64,000 nucleotides of DNA, taken from positions 62,001-126,000 of the forward strand of contig QPGO01000161.1 in assembly GCA_008632985.1 (NCBI GenBank), read 5' to 3'. The stretch comes from Psammoneis japonica. Its lineage: Eukaryota. Of the stretch, positions 48,215 through 59,600 are shown piece by piece. Each line of letters starts with the position of its first letter. The stretch's first letter is position 1. A program made the position numbers and the translations under genes. The notes under the pieces were generated by a model that searched no databases, was not told the origin of the DNA, and worked only from the letters and a program-made list of their open reading frames with translations.

Positions 48215-49086
48215 TGGTCACAAATGCAAACAACAAGGGCTCTAGAGCAAAGGACAAGGCAAAAACAGAACCTCACATGAGCAATGTCAATGTGGCTGAT
48301 CTAATGGCAAAGTTTCTTCTTTCCTTGCTCTTCCACAAGGGGCTGCTTTGTGTCGATGTGTCGATGCAATCATTGTCGTTGCATCGTGTCGCGTCGCTCG
48401 CTCGAGCCTCCAGCGCTCGCTCGGTCATCATGGTGATAAAAGTGCACCCGCCTGGCTGTGTTTGCCGCACATTGCCGCACTCCATTCGTTTTTGTTCCCC
48501 TCCCCTGAGCCCTTTCAGGCGTTCCTTCCCGCAAAATTACCCTCATTTCCAGGGATTCCCCCAAAAGGGCAAGGTAACTCCCCCTCACCCTGGCCATTTT
48601 GGGGAATCCCCAAATGGGTAAAACCACATCAGAGCGCGAAATGTGGTGATCCTGACCACCCTTCTCATGGGTGATTTTTCATGCTGTTGCAGGTGTGAAT
48701 GCAAAGGTTTCATTTTGAGAGAGTTGGGTGGACCATGATTTTTTGTTGCATGTCACAGCACACCATTTTTCACTGTGGGAACCCTCCTCATCCTGTGGGA
48801 TCCCACCCTCAACCATCAGACTGCCGTCCCTTTGCACCTTTTTAAAGCGAAGTTCAAAACGTTTTGTTTGACAACAAATTGGTGGTGCTGATCATTGCGT
48901 TTCTCGGGTTTAAAGAACCTTCCATTGCAAACACTGGTTGTCAAATGAAAGGTTAGATCACACAACAATGACCCCTGAAACACTTTGTCAAACCTTGTAA
49001 CTGTTTGCATTGAAACCTGCTACATTGCTTGTCCGCTTTCCATTCTCACACTGGCAAAAGCCTCCGCTGCCTTTTCATGCCGCAGC

Positions 49087-50325
49087 TCACTCATTGCCTG
49101 CATCTGCGCTCGTTTTGCTTCCCGCATCACTGTCTTCATCCTCCTCCTCGCTGTCCTCATCTCCTCTGTTCTTGTCCGTTGCCTCTTCCTCCTTCTCCTC
49201 ATCATCACTTGAAAGCTCCATTGTTGCCTGTGTTCTTGCCTCCTTTTCCACCGGCTTTTTCTTTCTTTTTGATCCCTTGCCTCTTTCGTCACTCTTCCTT
49301 TTCTTGCCTTCACTGCACCATGTGTTGAACTGCATGCCCTCCTCACTCAACATGTCTTTCTTTGCTTCTGCAAGCAGCTCGTTGAATCGCAATGTCCCTG
49401 CATCCTTCCACGAGTCGCGTTGCCTTGACGGGTCCGTGTGCTTGGGTGTTGGTTCCGACTCTTCCTCATCCTCTTTGTCTGAGCCTCCCCCCGCTCCAAC
49501 AGTCTTGTCATGATGTGCCTTGTGCTCCCAACTCTTCCAGCAGTTTTCCAATGTCAACAGCCCCAGAGCCTCGTCGCTTGCTGCAGCCAGACCGGTTGCC
49601 TTCGTCTCACCCAACTCTGCCTTCCTTCTCCATGTCGTGGTGCTCTTTGTGAATTTCAGGATGTTTTTGTAGAACCAAGCACATGCTTCCTTGTTCTTGC
49701 GCTTGTCCTCCACAATCGTTGTCACTGTCTCCTCCTCCCAAGTTGCCAGGAACGGCTCTTCATCTTCCGTCTTTTCGTTCTTCTTCCTCTTCTTGCTCTT
49801 CTTCCCTCCTCTGCCTCTTGCTGCCGGCTTCTTCTGACTGTGAATCTCCTCGGCTTTGTTCTCTGTCAACACGACTTCAGCAAGTTAAGGCGCAGCAGTG
49901 TCAAGCACAACTGCACTCAACATGCCGTGCACCACAAAACACTTGCCAGCCGTTGCATTGTTCTTGATCGCCTGAGTGACCGTGCTCCTTTTCGCGTTAA
50001 TTGCACACATGATGCACTTCTTTGCCGAGTCTTCCCACGCTCCTGCCCAGTCTTGCTTGCTGCAATTGCCACCGTCTGTCTTTTTCCTGATGAGCCGTGA
50101 CACTTTGCCACTGCTTGCCATGTCCGCCTTGACAAGGAACTTTGCCTTCGGGAAAAGTTCCTTCCGTGCCACCTCTTCTGCCTCTCTCATCATAGACTCT
50201 TGATCCCCAGTGGCTCCCACCCGCACCAACGCCGCGGCCAGCCTTGGGCTGGTTGGTTGATCTCCAGCCACCCCCGCAGTTTCTTTCTTCTTCTTCCTTG
50301 CCATTGCCTGTGCCACTGTTGCCAA
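49087..50325 (-). pseudogene. Copy of the Plavaka accessory gene
   Basis: Near-identical protein to 21341-22575. The stop at 49885 falls within the predicted intron. Confidence 0.8.
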
Positions 50326-50779
50326 TTGTGGGTGGCTCCATGCCTTGTGTCCCCAGTTAATTTTGCCGTTGGGAAATTTTCAAACCTCTCTTTAATGCTA
50401 AAAATCTTGTGCTTTCCACCAATGATTCTCTTTTCTCAAATGCAACACAATGGAGAATTGACCAAATTTTACAATGCATGTGCAATTTATTTGTTTTGCC
50501 ACTCCTTGTCATCTTTTGAAAATTTTGAATCCCTGCGAATTCCAGTTCAAACCTCACTTTTGCTGCAATGTCAAAATCCACTTCCACAGTGTAAACAGCA
50601 TGCACAAGCATTTTGCTCAAAACATCATTGTGAAAACGTGCACCTGCAAAAGTCATTTTTACTGCAATGAACAAACCCCTCACCTGCTTCAATGACATTC
50701 CGGTTTGCTGTTGGGGCCTGAGCACATTCATCCTTTTTGGTGCCAAATCGTTTTTTCTGGTCCAATTTGTCATCTCCCT

Positions 50780-53526
50780 GGTGTCGTTCCGACAGCGGAA
50801 AACACGGGTTTGTCCACAAGAGAAGCCAAGAGACATCGTGGGCAGTGAATTGTCGACAACCAAGACAACACAGCACAAGACCGACAGTCGCATCACGGCC
50901 GAACGCTCCTTGCGAGCCGCCGCAACCTTGGTCATTCTATGCGCCGATATGATGTTTGTCGATGGGGAAGACAAAGCGTTTGAAAACGTGGTCCCAAACT
51001 TGACCACTGGTGCAAAAACCTTTCTCGACCTTGTTGAAGGCTGTCGTGGAAACAAAGCACATCCAATGAGCACTTCCCTCAACATGGGAATGGACGACAC
51101 TGGGCTTGCTGCCACAAAAGGCCCCCAACCTGGAGACCCTTTAGAATGGCGCGTTGTCACTGCCTCAGAGTAAAACTTGCCATCACAATGGTTGCTTCTG
51201 GAGAGGCCGCACCAGTCATGTTGACGTTCAAGAAGATGACGGAACGTCAACTCCCAAAAGGACACACGAAAGATGCACACAGCAATGAGGACGGTGTACA
51301 TTTAGTGGACGTGCACGGGCTGTGTCCAGGAGGTGACACGAACATTGATGTTGGCATCGGCTTTGTCCTGTTCATGAGGGACGACATTGACAAAGCTGAG
51401 CTCAAGCGCATGGTGATGCATCGCAAGTTTGTCCATTTGCCCCATGTGCAGAGACAGTGTCACAAGTTGCGAGGCCGCACGGGTGCCTCAGACCAAGTGC
51501 ACACTGAAGACGAGTGCAGCGTTCTTGTCATGGATGGTGACCGTGGACAAAAATTGATGCAAACACGGTTTCCCCAGAAGCGACGAAAATTGATGACAAA
51601 GAGAAGATGACCTCCGGCAAGACCAACCCTGCAAGGACCGGATCGAAAGCGTCTTGTGATCAAGCTGATGTCTTCAGCACTGCAAAATCCACCCTGAAGA
51701 AACAAGCCACTGCCACAGAGTGAGACATCCATTCTCACGCAAACAAGTTGGAGGCCACAAGAGCCCTGGAAAAGACTCCCCTTCAGCTGGCAAAGGACAA
51801 GGATGCAATCATCGACTCACTTGCCAAGCTTCTGTCAATCCTGACTCAGTCGTTGCAACGGAAGAAGATTCTGAAGGGATTCGTGGTCTCTGGCATCATT
51901 GACCAGAAAACTCTGCGTTGTCCTGATTTTGAATCCGTCATGTCTGCTGTCAAACGGCAAGTCTCCCAAGAAGAATGCGATCTTTGCCTCTGATCCTTCC
52001 CCACCTTGATGAAAGCATGGGATGACAATGGGGGTCACATCCCCGAAGTGGTTTTTGATGAACTCGAGTTCCCCGAGAACCGTGATCCCACCGGGAACAT
52101 GCACCGGCATGATGCCGGCATTTCACAAGAACCCCTGCAGCGTGCCAAACTTCTTAACTCTGCTGGTCAAAGGGCAGCCCGGAAGGAATGACAGGATCAC
52201 CTGCAGGCCGAGAAACAGGCAAAACTTGTCCATGAAATTGCAGCGCACAACAAAGCACATGATGAAGCTGTGGCAGCGGAGTCCAAAATGCTGGACATGA
52301 TGAGCAGCAACGAGAGTCTTCAAGTTGTGGCTGAGTCAGACGGACCAATTGTGGCACAGGCATTGATCGACATGTGCGCAAAACTTGCAGTTTCGCAGTT
52401 GCAGTCATTTGTGAATGCACGCTTCTTCCGATCAATGAAAGACAAGCCATCAAAGTTTTGTGCAAACAAGGGTGCATTGGCGGAGGCAAGGGATGAATCT
52501 GAGAATGACGAAAACTCTGGCAGGCGGCTCGACTCCCCACCGACTTCGCTCGTTCACAAGCTCATCCACTCATGCTACAAGGCTTGGCACCTTCCTGTCA
52601 TTTGTGAAAAAAAGGAACTGCCCAGTGAGACCACAGCTCCTGCTCCTGTCCTTCCAGCTGATCCTGCTGACCATGAGGTTGGGCGTCCGCTCCATGAGAA
52701 TCCGATGTGGCAAGCGAGTGCAGTCAAGGTTGCAGACGATTTCATGTCTTTTGGTCTGGAGCAAATGCAACAAACCACTCAGTCAGCTCCGATTCTGATG
52801 CAATGACTCGAGACACACAAATGTCAGTGACTCAAGAACTGTGACACTCACCGCAACCACTGGACACTCCAATGGGCAGAACAGAATCTACCACTGATGG
52901 CGGCTGTGATGGTCAGCCGTGGCCACATCCTCCCAAACATTGAGTTTCGGAGCGGCACTGCATCCTTGTTGCTCCACCCAAAGGCACAGTCTGAGAACAG
53001 CACTGGAGATCATCTCATGAAGGAAGGTGCCTGCAGATTGTGTCACTTCTGCACACCCGTTAGGTCAGGAAAGAATTCAGGTGCCAATGCAAATTTTGGA
53101 GTGCAAGACGATGAGCATCTAAAGTGCTCTGAGCTCACTGAATCAAAGCATGCCAACAATGCTCTCTGTTCCTTGCACCCATCCAAGGAAATCGATCGAG
53201 ACATGAAAGAGCAAATCAAGTCACAACAGAAAGGATGGCACGAGGATCTTGAGATGGTCATGTTCTTTGGGTGGTCACGCAGTGACAAAGACATCACAGA
53301 TTTGCTTGCCTCAGAAGGCCCTGCTGGCTTGTTCCAATGGGATGCCGAGACCTTGAAACACCTGGAAGAGTCTAAAGTCTGTGGCACTCTTTGGTCCAAG
53401 AAATTGGCGATGGTGGGTCATCTGGCTGAGCTTGCCTGCAATCTCTGTCTCGGCGAAGACAACATCTCTAATTCCCCTGGATTCAAAAGTTTCGGATTGC
53501 TTCAGATTCACTTGAACAGGACCTAG
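50780..53526 (+). pseudogene. Degenerate pogo/DDE-like transposase with a C-terminal GIY-YIG-like region, within element B
   Basis: Chain of collinear plus-strand ORF pieces: RVKLAITMVASGEAAP, VLVMDGD, KTNPARTGSKASCD (PxxTxxxQPxD-like), then GA(Y>C)...VRSGK...DEH...NISNSPGF. The family call is inference. Confidence 0.45.
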
Positions 53527-56063
53527 AGACAAATGGTGTCCCTCTGCAGCTTTGACAGCTGCTGTCTCACGCGCATTGTCCTCCAGTGCGGAGCTGTCTA
53601 CACACGGGTCAAAAAGAACAATGAACTGTGTTGGTCTCAGTGCCAAAAGGGGACACATGATGCACAACTTCTCAATCAACACTTGCCTTTTGCACCAAGT
53701 TCTAATCAAAGTGGTGGCACTCTCTGCCAGAGAGTTCATCCCATTGGCAGAGACTTCTGCGCTTGGGCCGGTGCCATCTTCATCACTGTGTGGCTTTTCA
53801 CACACTGCCGGCACCGTGCTCCCCACTTCCAGCAGAGAAATGTCTTTCCTGTGTCTTAGAACAGCAGATCGGCAAGTCATCATTCAAATGGTGCACACAC
53901 ACAATCTGCTGGGCCTGCAGCATGCACATGGTGCGTGCCATCCAGAAGCAACAGCACTTGCGGCTACACTCCATCCCACATTTTATTGAACAGCCACACA
54001 TCTCTAATCTAGAGACACTGAGCACTCCAGGATCTGATTTCCCCATGTGAGCAAAGAGTGTCAAAAGACATCGATCATGTAGAACATGGGCCTGGAAATG
54101 CCACTGCAAGCTTTAACGGTCAACGACAGTCATGCTGGAAAATGACAGGCAAAATGAAAACATGAGAGGAAAAACGCACACAGCAACAATCCGTTGGGGT
54201 TGCACAACACAGTGTGCTCACTGGGGCACCTTTTGAAGGTGGAGCTGAGTTGCCTTGCCAATTTTTATGCCCCCAAGTGCCATCAGCGGTTCGTGGCATC
54301 CGCACATTCAAGAGGAGGCAATGAGCCCGCCAACACAAGCCTCAACCTTCACATTTTGCCCATTGCAAAGCCTGGAGTCGTAGTTGCACCACAAAGATCT
54401 CCCAAAATAACGTGGACAATATAATGTCTTAGACAATGATGACAATGCGGTTGAAGGGCAGGTGGAAAGGGTCAAAAAGGACCAGATGCCTGCACGCATG
54501 ATCGAGACGCACCAAAAAAGGATCGTTGGGCAGGCAAGTTTTGTCAAAACAAGTGCAAAACTCAATCAATCACAACACACTCACAGGGTCACCTTCTTTG
54601 GACTGTGGCAAGGCTGTCTGACAAGTGCCAATGTCGTGAGCATCCCCAAGACTCTATCGCATTGTTTTGTTTACACTGCATGCACTGTCAAGAAATTGTT
54701 GTCACCGAAAAACGACATGCTGTGATTGCGAGCCGACCAAGACATCCAAAAACACATCAAGCTCGTCACAAGTCCAAATGAACAGTGCAAATAGATGTGC
54801 CAAAGGACAAAGAGTGAGATGAAGCATGAGGCTCCCAAACGGATGTGCTGTGGTGGCGCAAATGCCACGAGAAAGACACCAACATCACAGATGCAACAAT
54901 CAACCATACGAGACAATCAATCGACCTCACACGCTGCAACAAAAAACAACAATGATCTTTGGTGAACAGGAAAACAACACAAATTGAGAAAACACAAAGA
55001 GAACTTGCCATCGCGACGTTGTTGACCAATCATGCGTTACACGCACCCTGCAGCAATCGAGTCACGAGTCGAGGCACATTGCCGTTTGCACCGTGTGTCA
55101 AAACCAAAGCCCCCCAGAAAACCAAACCAATGCATCAACCTCTTCACAACAATGGCAGAAAAAGATCCCCCATGAAAGACACATCAACCCAACGATGCAT
55201 GCCATGGCAAGATGCATCAAAGTGAAACATGCCATTTTTGATGCAAAATCGGGACCGGTTGAGTCCAATCAAATGATTCGACTCTCGCACTTCACCGTGG
55301 TGAAATTTCAGTCACGGATGCCGGGACCGGTTGAGTCCTCCGGCAGCTTTGCAGTTGTGCTTTTGAGCTTGGGTTTGAATGATTCGAACCCAAAACCATT
55401 GGTGAAATGTTCCATTTCATCAAAATTGCAGTCCTTGGAAATTTGGAAAGAAGGGTCAGGGTCGACCTCGTCGTGAGACGGGGCAAAGTCGTTGGACGCC
55501 ATGGCCAACAGTCAGATGCCGATTCACGTAGAATGCACAGGAATCACAACAGCACACCCTCTTGTCAAATGCTTTTTGGGGAGAGGGTGCACTGTTGTGA
55601 AATGGGCAGAGCATTGCGCATGTAGAAAAGGCACCAAAATGCAGGTGGGGAGCTGTTGACTGGAAAACTGGTGGGTGCAGGTGGAAACAATGAGCCAAGT
55701 GCTCATGTGGCCAATTTGGGCGCAAAAGAAACACCCTTGTCTGTGGTGACGTGGTGACGCAAGGCTGCGGTGAAGCTGTTGAAAAGCACTGTCAAAGTTG
55801 ACGTTTCTGTGAACATGTGACAAATTGATCAACACAAAAAGCATTGTTCAACAATGAAAGATTTGTTGAAAGTCTTTGGCAACTTTAAATCAAAATAAAA
55901 TGGTGACAATTGCCGACATAAAAAGGCAACAACAAATTTAACTTGACTGTTAAAATTGAAACTAAATTTGCCTGACAACAACATGCTTTCATCAAATTGA
56001 ATGTTCCAAAATTTCCAAAGGAAAGTGAGCAACACCACATTGCGGCCTCTGATGCAAACCAAG

Positions 56064-56420
56064 TTCAAATTCAAGCAGGAAGATGAACATTTGCCGAGTT
56101 GCAAATGGCACCTTCCTTGTTGCAGTCTGGGTGGGGGGGCGGCATTTGTCTGCTCTGTTTTTGTTGCAGCACTCAGTTTTGCACTCCAGGATGTTTGAGG
56201 TGCGCAGAGTCTCGTCAATGCCGGTGTGCAGTCCCTCCACTTCTTGCCAACAAAGTTCAGGAGGACATGTGAACCTGACAGTGGTTTTGCTTTCAAAGCC
56301 AGCAGGAGGTGACCGCCTTGTTTGTTTCACTGCAGTGCAGAGCAAATGTGCTCCCCATAGAGTCTTCACAGTGCCATTCGTTCGCTCGCCGCTCCATCGC
56401 ATCGTCTGCCTGTCCATGTC
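56064..56420 (-). pseudogene. 5' piece of the older split Plavaka transposase C-terminal region
   Basis: GSTFALHCSETN, LLNFVGKKWRDC, CKTE, PDCNKEG..ANV match GSTFAITCSVTN, LLHFFQKKWREC, CKTE, PDCNSKG..ANV at ~16100-16350. Confidence 0.8.
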
Positions 56421-56695
56421 GTGAACTCCTCAAGAAAGAAACCCGGTTGTTGAAGTCGATTCTTCCACGCGTAGAATCCATACGAATACGTAGAATGCAC
56501 AGAAGCTTCAGTACGCTGACGCAACGCTGACGCAATCCTCATTCATCTTTTGTTCATTTTTTTTTTCTGCCATGGCGCCCTGATCAAAAAGAGCATTGAT
56601 TCCACTGCACCATGAAACAAAGCAATCTCCAAGCACATTCTATATCCAGTCACTATCCGATACGATGCATTTGTGAGTCAAGGCGACGAGTTGTT

Positions 56696-59600
56696 ATGTT
56701 TCTCTATTATTGTTTTGTACTCGTCATTGCATCGTGGAGCGCCTCCGCCTTTACGTTTGGTACTACAACAACAACAAGACCACCGAGAATAACTACTACT
56801 AAACCATCACCACTGTACGCTACCATTGACTGTAACAAACACGTCAATGGCAATGATTCAACAACAAAACAAGACCAAAGCATCACGACTCTGACACCCT
56901 ACCAAATACTGCATCCCGACTTGTTTTATTCTGCCTCCAACAAAACTACTACTACTGGAGCCGATATATCATTACCCTTTTATGCTTGCCTCAAGTTATT
57001 GAAACAATCCTTGGAACACATTATTCGTATGCAGCAAGATGAAACTATTCTACAGCAATTTGACTCACAACAAATCATTGTTCGATTGGAGCATGTCATT
57101 TCACATGCAGTCGATCCGTTGTGTTGGTTGCACGCGCAACAACAACAACAACAAAATGAAGAAACCACGTGTTATTTTCAAAATGCCGAAAAACAAATGG
57201 AAGCCGCCATCTATGGATCGGCTTGTACATTGCTGGACTCCTCTAAAGCAGATTTTTGGAACTTTATTGCCAAACTACCCAAAAACACCCAAGTTTATGG
57301 TGGTGAGCGATTTGATTCTTCTGATTCCACATCCATAAGTGACGAGTGGAGTGATTTTGGACGTGGCATGTGGATTTTACCAGCCGTGGAATTGCGTGTT
57401 GTACAAGAGGAACAAACTAAAAAAAGACAAGCACTATTGCTGTACACTTGGTCGTTACCGAAAACAACAACAAGAATTGGCAAAATGCAGCACAAGAGAC
57501 TCTACAAATATTAAATCAAGTTTCCGATGCGTGTTCGGCTACGATTCCCACCACGACATTACCACCCGTCTTGTCACGCGATTCTTCTTATAAAGATGGC
57601 ATCGATGGACAAGAATTATACGAAGAGGGTGTTACCAAGGCATTGGAATTGTTTGACACCACAAAATTGGAAAAGGTAGTGTTGGCTCGTCGTATGGATT
57701 TGCGTTTTTCACCTCATGCTCACATGACGGGATTGGATATTTTGAAACGATGGAAATTTGGTGGTCATGAAGGTGGACACTTGTTGTATCTATCACCCAA
57801 AAACAATAAAACATCGACGTCTCGCGAATTTTTTGGATGTACACCGGAACGGTTGTTTCAAATTCAAAATGGGATTGTCTTGTCGGAAGCATTGGCTGGA
57901 ACACGACCACGTGGTTCCACGGCACAAGCCGATGCAACACTCATGAAGGAATTGTTTGAATCACCCAAGGATCGCAATGAAAATTTCATTACAGCACGGT
58001 ACATTCGAAACCTATTTACAAATCTCGAAAGACGTGGTATTTTGGAATTGTCTGAAAAAGAAAACAACAACAATAATGGTGGTTTCTTTGTTCGACGATT
58101 ACGACATTTGCAACATATTTGTCAACGTATTCAAGGGAAACTACGAAACAACGAAAATGCACTGGATGCTACCAAATTCTTGTTGGAGGGTTTACATCCG
58201 ACACCGGCGGTTTGTGGATATCCCCGTCAAGAAGCACTCGACTTTATCCGTAAACACGAGTCGTTTGTAGGGTTCGATCGTGGTTTTTATGCAGGTCCCT
58301 TTGGATTTATTGGAAAAGATTCGGCCGATGTATGTGTCGCAATTCGATCGGGATTGCTTTCGAAAACGAACAGTCAAAACAAAAAGGATGTACGCGTCTC
58401 GGTCTATGCCGGTGCGGGTATTGTTCCCGGCTCCAATGTACAAACGGAATGGGCCGAAACATCGTACAAACTCGATGTCATTTCATCCTTGTTTTTGCCA
58501 TCACCCATGACACTCAAGAGCGCACCGACTGCCAATGTCGCGTGGACGACTGCCTTTGTGGAGGAACTCATTCGCAACGGGGTGACACAATTTTACATTT
58601 GTCCCGGATCACGGTCGACACCCTTGGTTGCTGCCGTGGCCAAGGCGGTTCGGTCCAATGTGGGAATTGTCCATGCCACATCGGTTCATGACGAACGTGC
58701 TGCCGGATTTCGTGCTCTTGGCCATGCTCGGGGTAGTCACAATAACAAGCCAGCCGCGGTCATTACGTCGAGTGGAACCGCGGTGGGGAACTTGTATCCC
58801 GCCGTCATGGAGGCTGGAATGGATGGTGTGCCCCTGTTGTTACTGACAGCCGATCGGCCCTATGAGAATCGAGACACGGGAGCCAATCAAGCATTGGATC
58901 AAGTAAAGGCGTTTTCATCTACTTACATTCGGTGGTTTCGGGATGTTCCACCTCCAAGCGACGATGTGCCCGTGTCTGTCGCCTTGTCGGATGCCAACCA
59001 AGCAGTGACGCTGGCTCGTAAACTCCGTGGACCGGTCCATGTCAATGTACAGTTTCGTGAAAACTTGGCACCCGAGGGTGGTCCGATTCGAAACGACGAC
59101 CGAAGTGACTCCATGACGTCGTTTAATCGAGGCAGATTTACAGATGCTCCCGGCTTTCATCGATGGTCTGTTGGTGGAAATCATTGGTTGAAATCCTATT
59201 CATCATTTGATGGAGAATTTGACAGCGCTTCCGATTCTGTGGTAGAGCTCTCGCGATTGATTGCCGAGTCAAAACGTGGTTTAATCGTGGTGGGAAACGT
59301 TCGTATACGCGAGAATGACGATGAGTCACAGGTCTCGGACATTATATCCAGCTTTGCGCAAACGATTGGTTTTCCAATCATGGCTGGAATCCAAAGCGGA
59401 AGTCTACGAAGAAGAAGTCCAGCGGTGATTCCATTCGCAGAGCATCTTCTCAAGCACCCATCCGTGTCAAAGAATCTACAGCCAGACTTGGTTATACAAA
59501 TTGGAGCGCCGCTTGTGTCTACTGCGATTCAAAGTGTCATTGTTTCTTCCATGCGTACGGGCGAGCAACAGAGTGACGAAACGGGAGCGTCTGTTCGTAA

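Larger units (their letters stand above)
48627..56054 (-). mobile_element. Internally deleted sister of Plavaka element A, inverted (element B); 2-bp CA target duplication
   Basis: 48627-50779 is the reverse complement of ~20925-23037, and 55349-56054 of 10076-10786. TIRs CATCAGAG(CG/GC)CG(A/C)AATGTGGTG. CA on both flanks. Confidence 0.9.
42718..56063. mobile_element. Non-autonomous TIR element (hAT-like by 8-bp TSD) hosting later insertions (element C)
   Basis: Left TIR CTTGGTTTGGTTTTGCC (42718-42734). Right TIR GGTAAAACCAAACCAAG is restored by removing element B. Flanks CTCAAATG / TTCAAATT (6/8 match). Confidence 0.7.

Noticed and set aside
1060..56470. Alternative genetic code or RNA editing as an explanation for the missing tyrosines
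   Set aside because: Host genes in the same window use Tyr and TAA/TAG normally, and non-coding LTRs and TIRs show the same changes.
1060..56470. Classical fungal RIP or simple methyl-CpG decay as the sole cause
   Set aside because: RIP would enrich TpA. CpG decay cannot convert TAY codons, and CpG is still common in the younger TpA-poor elements.
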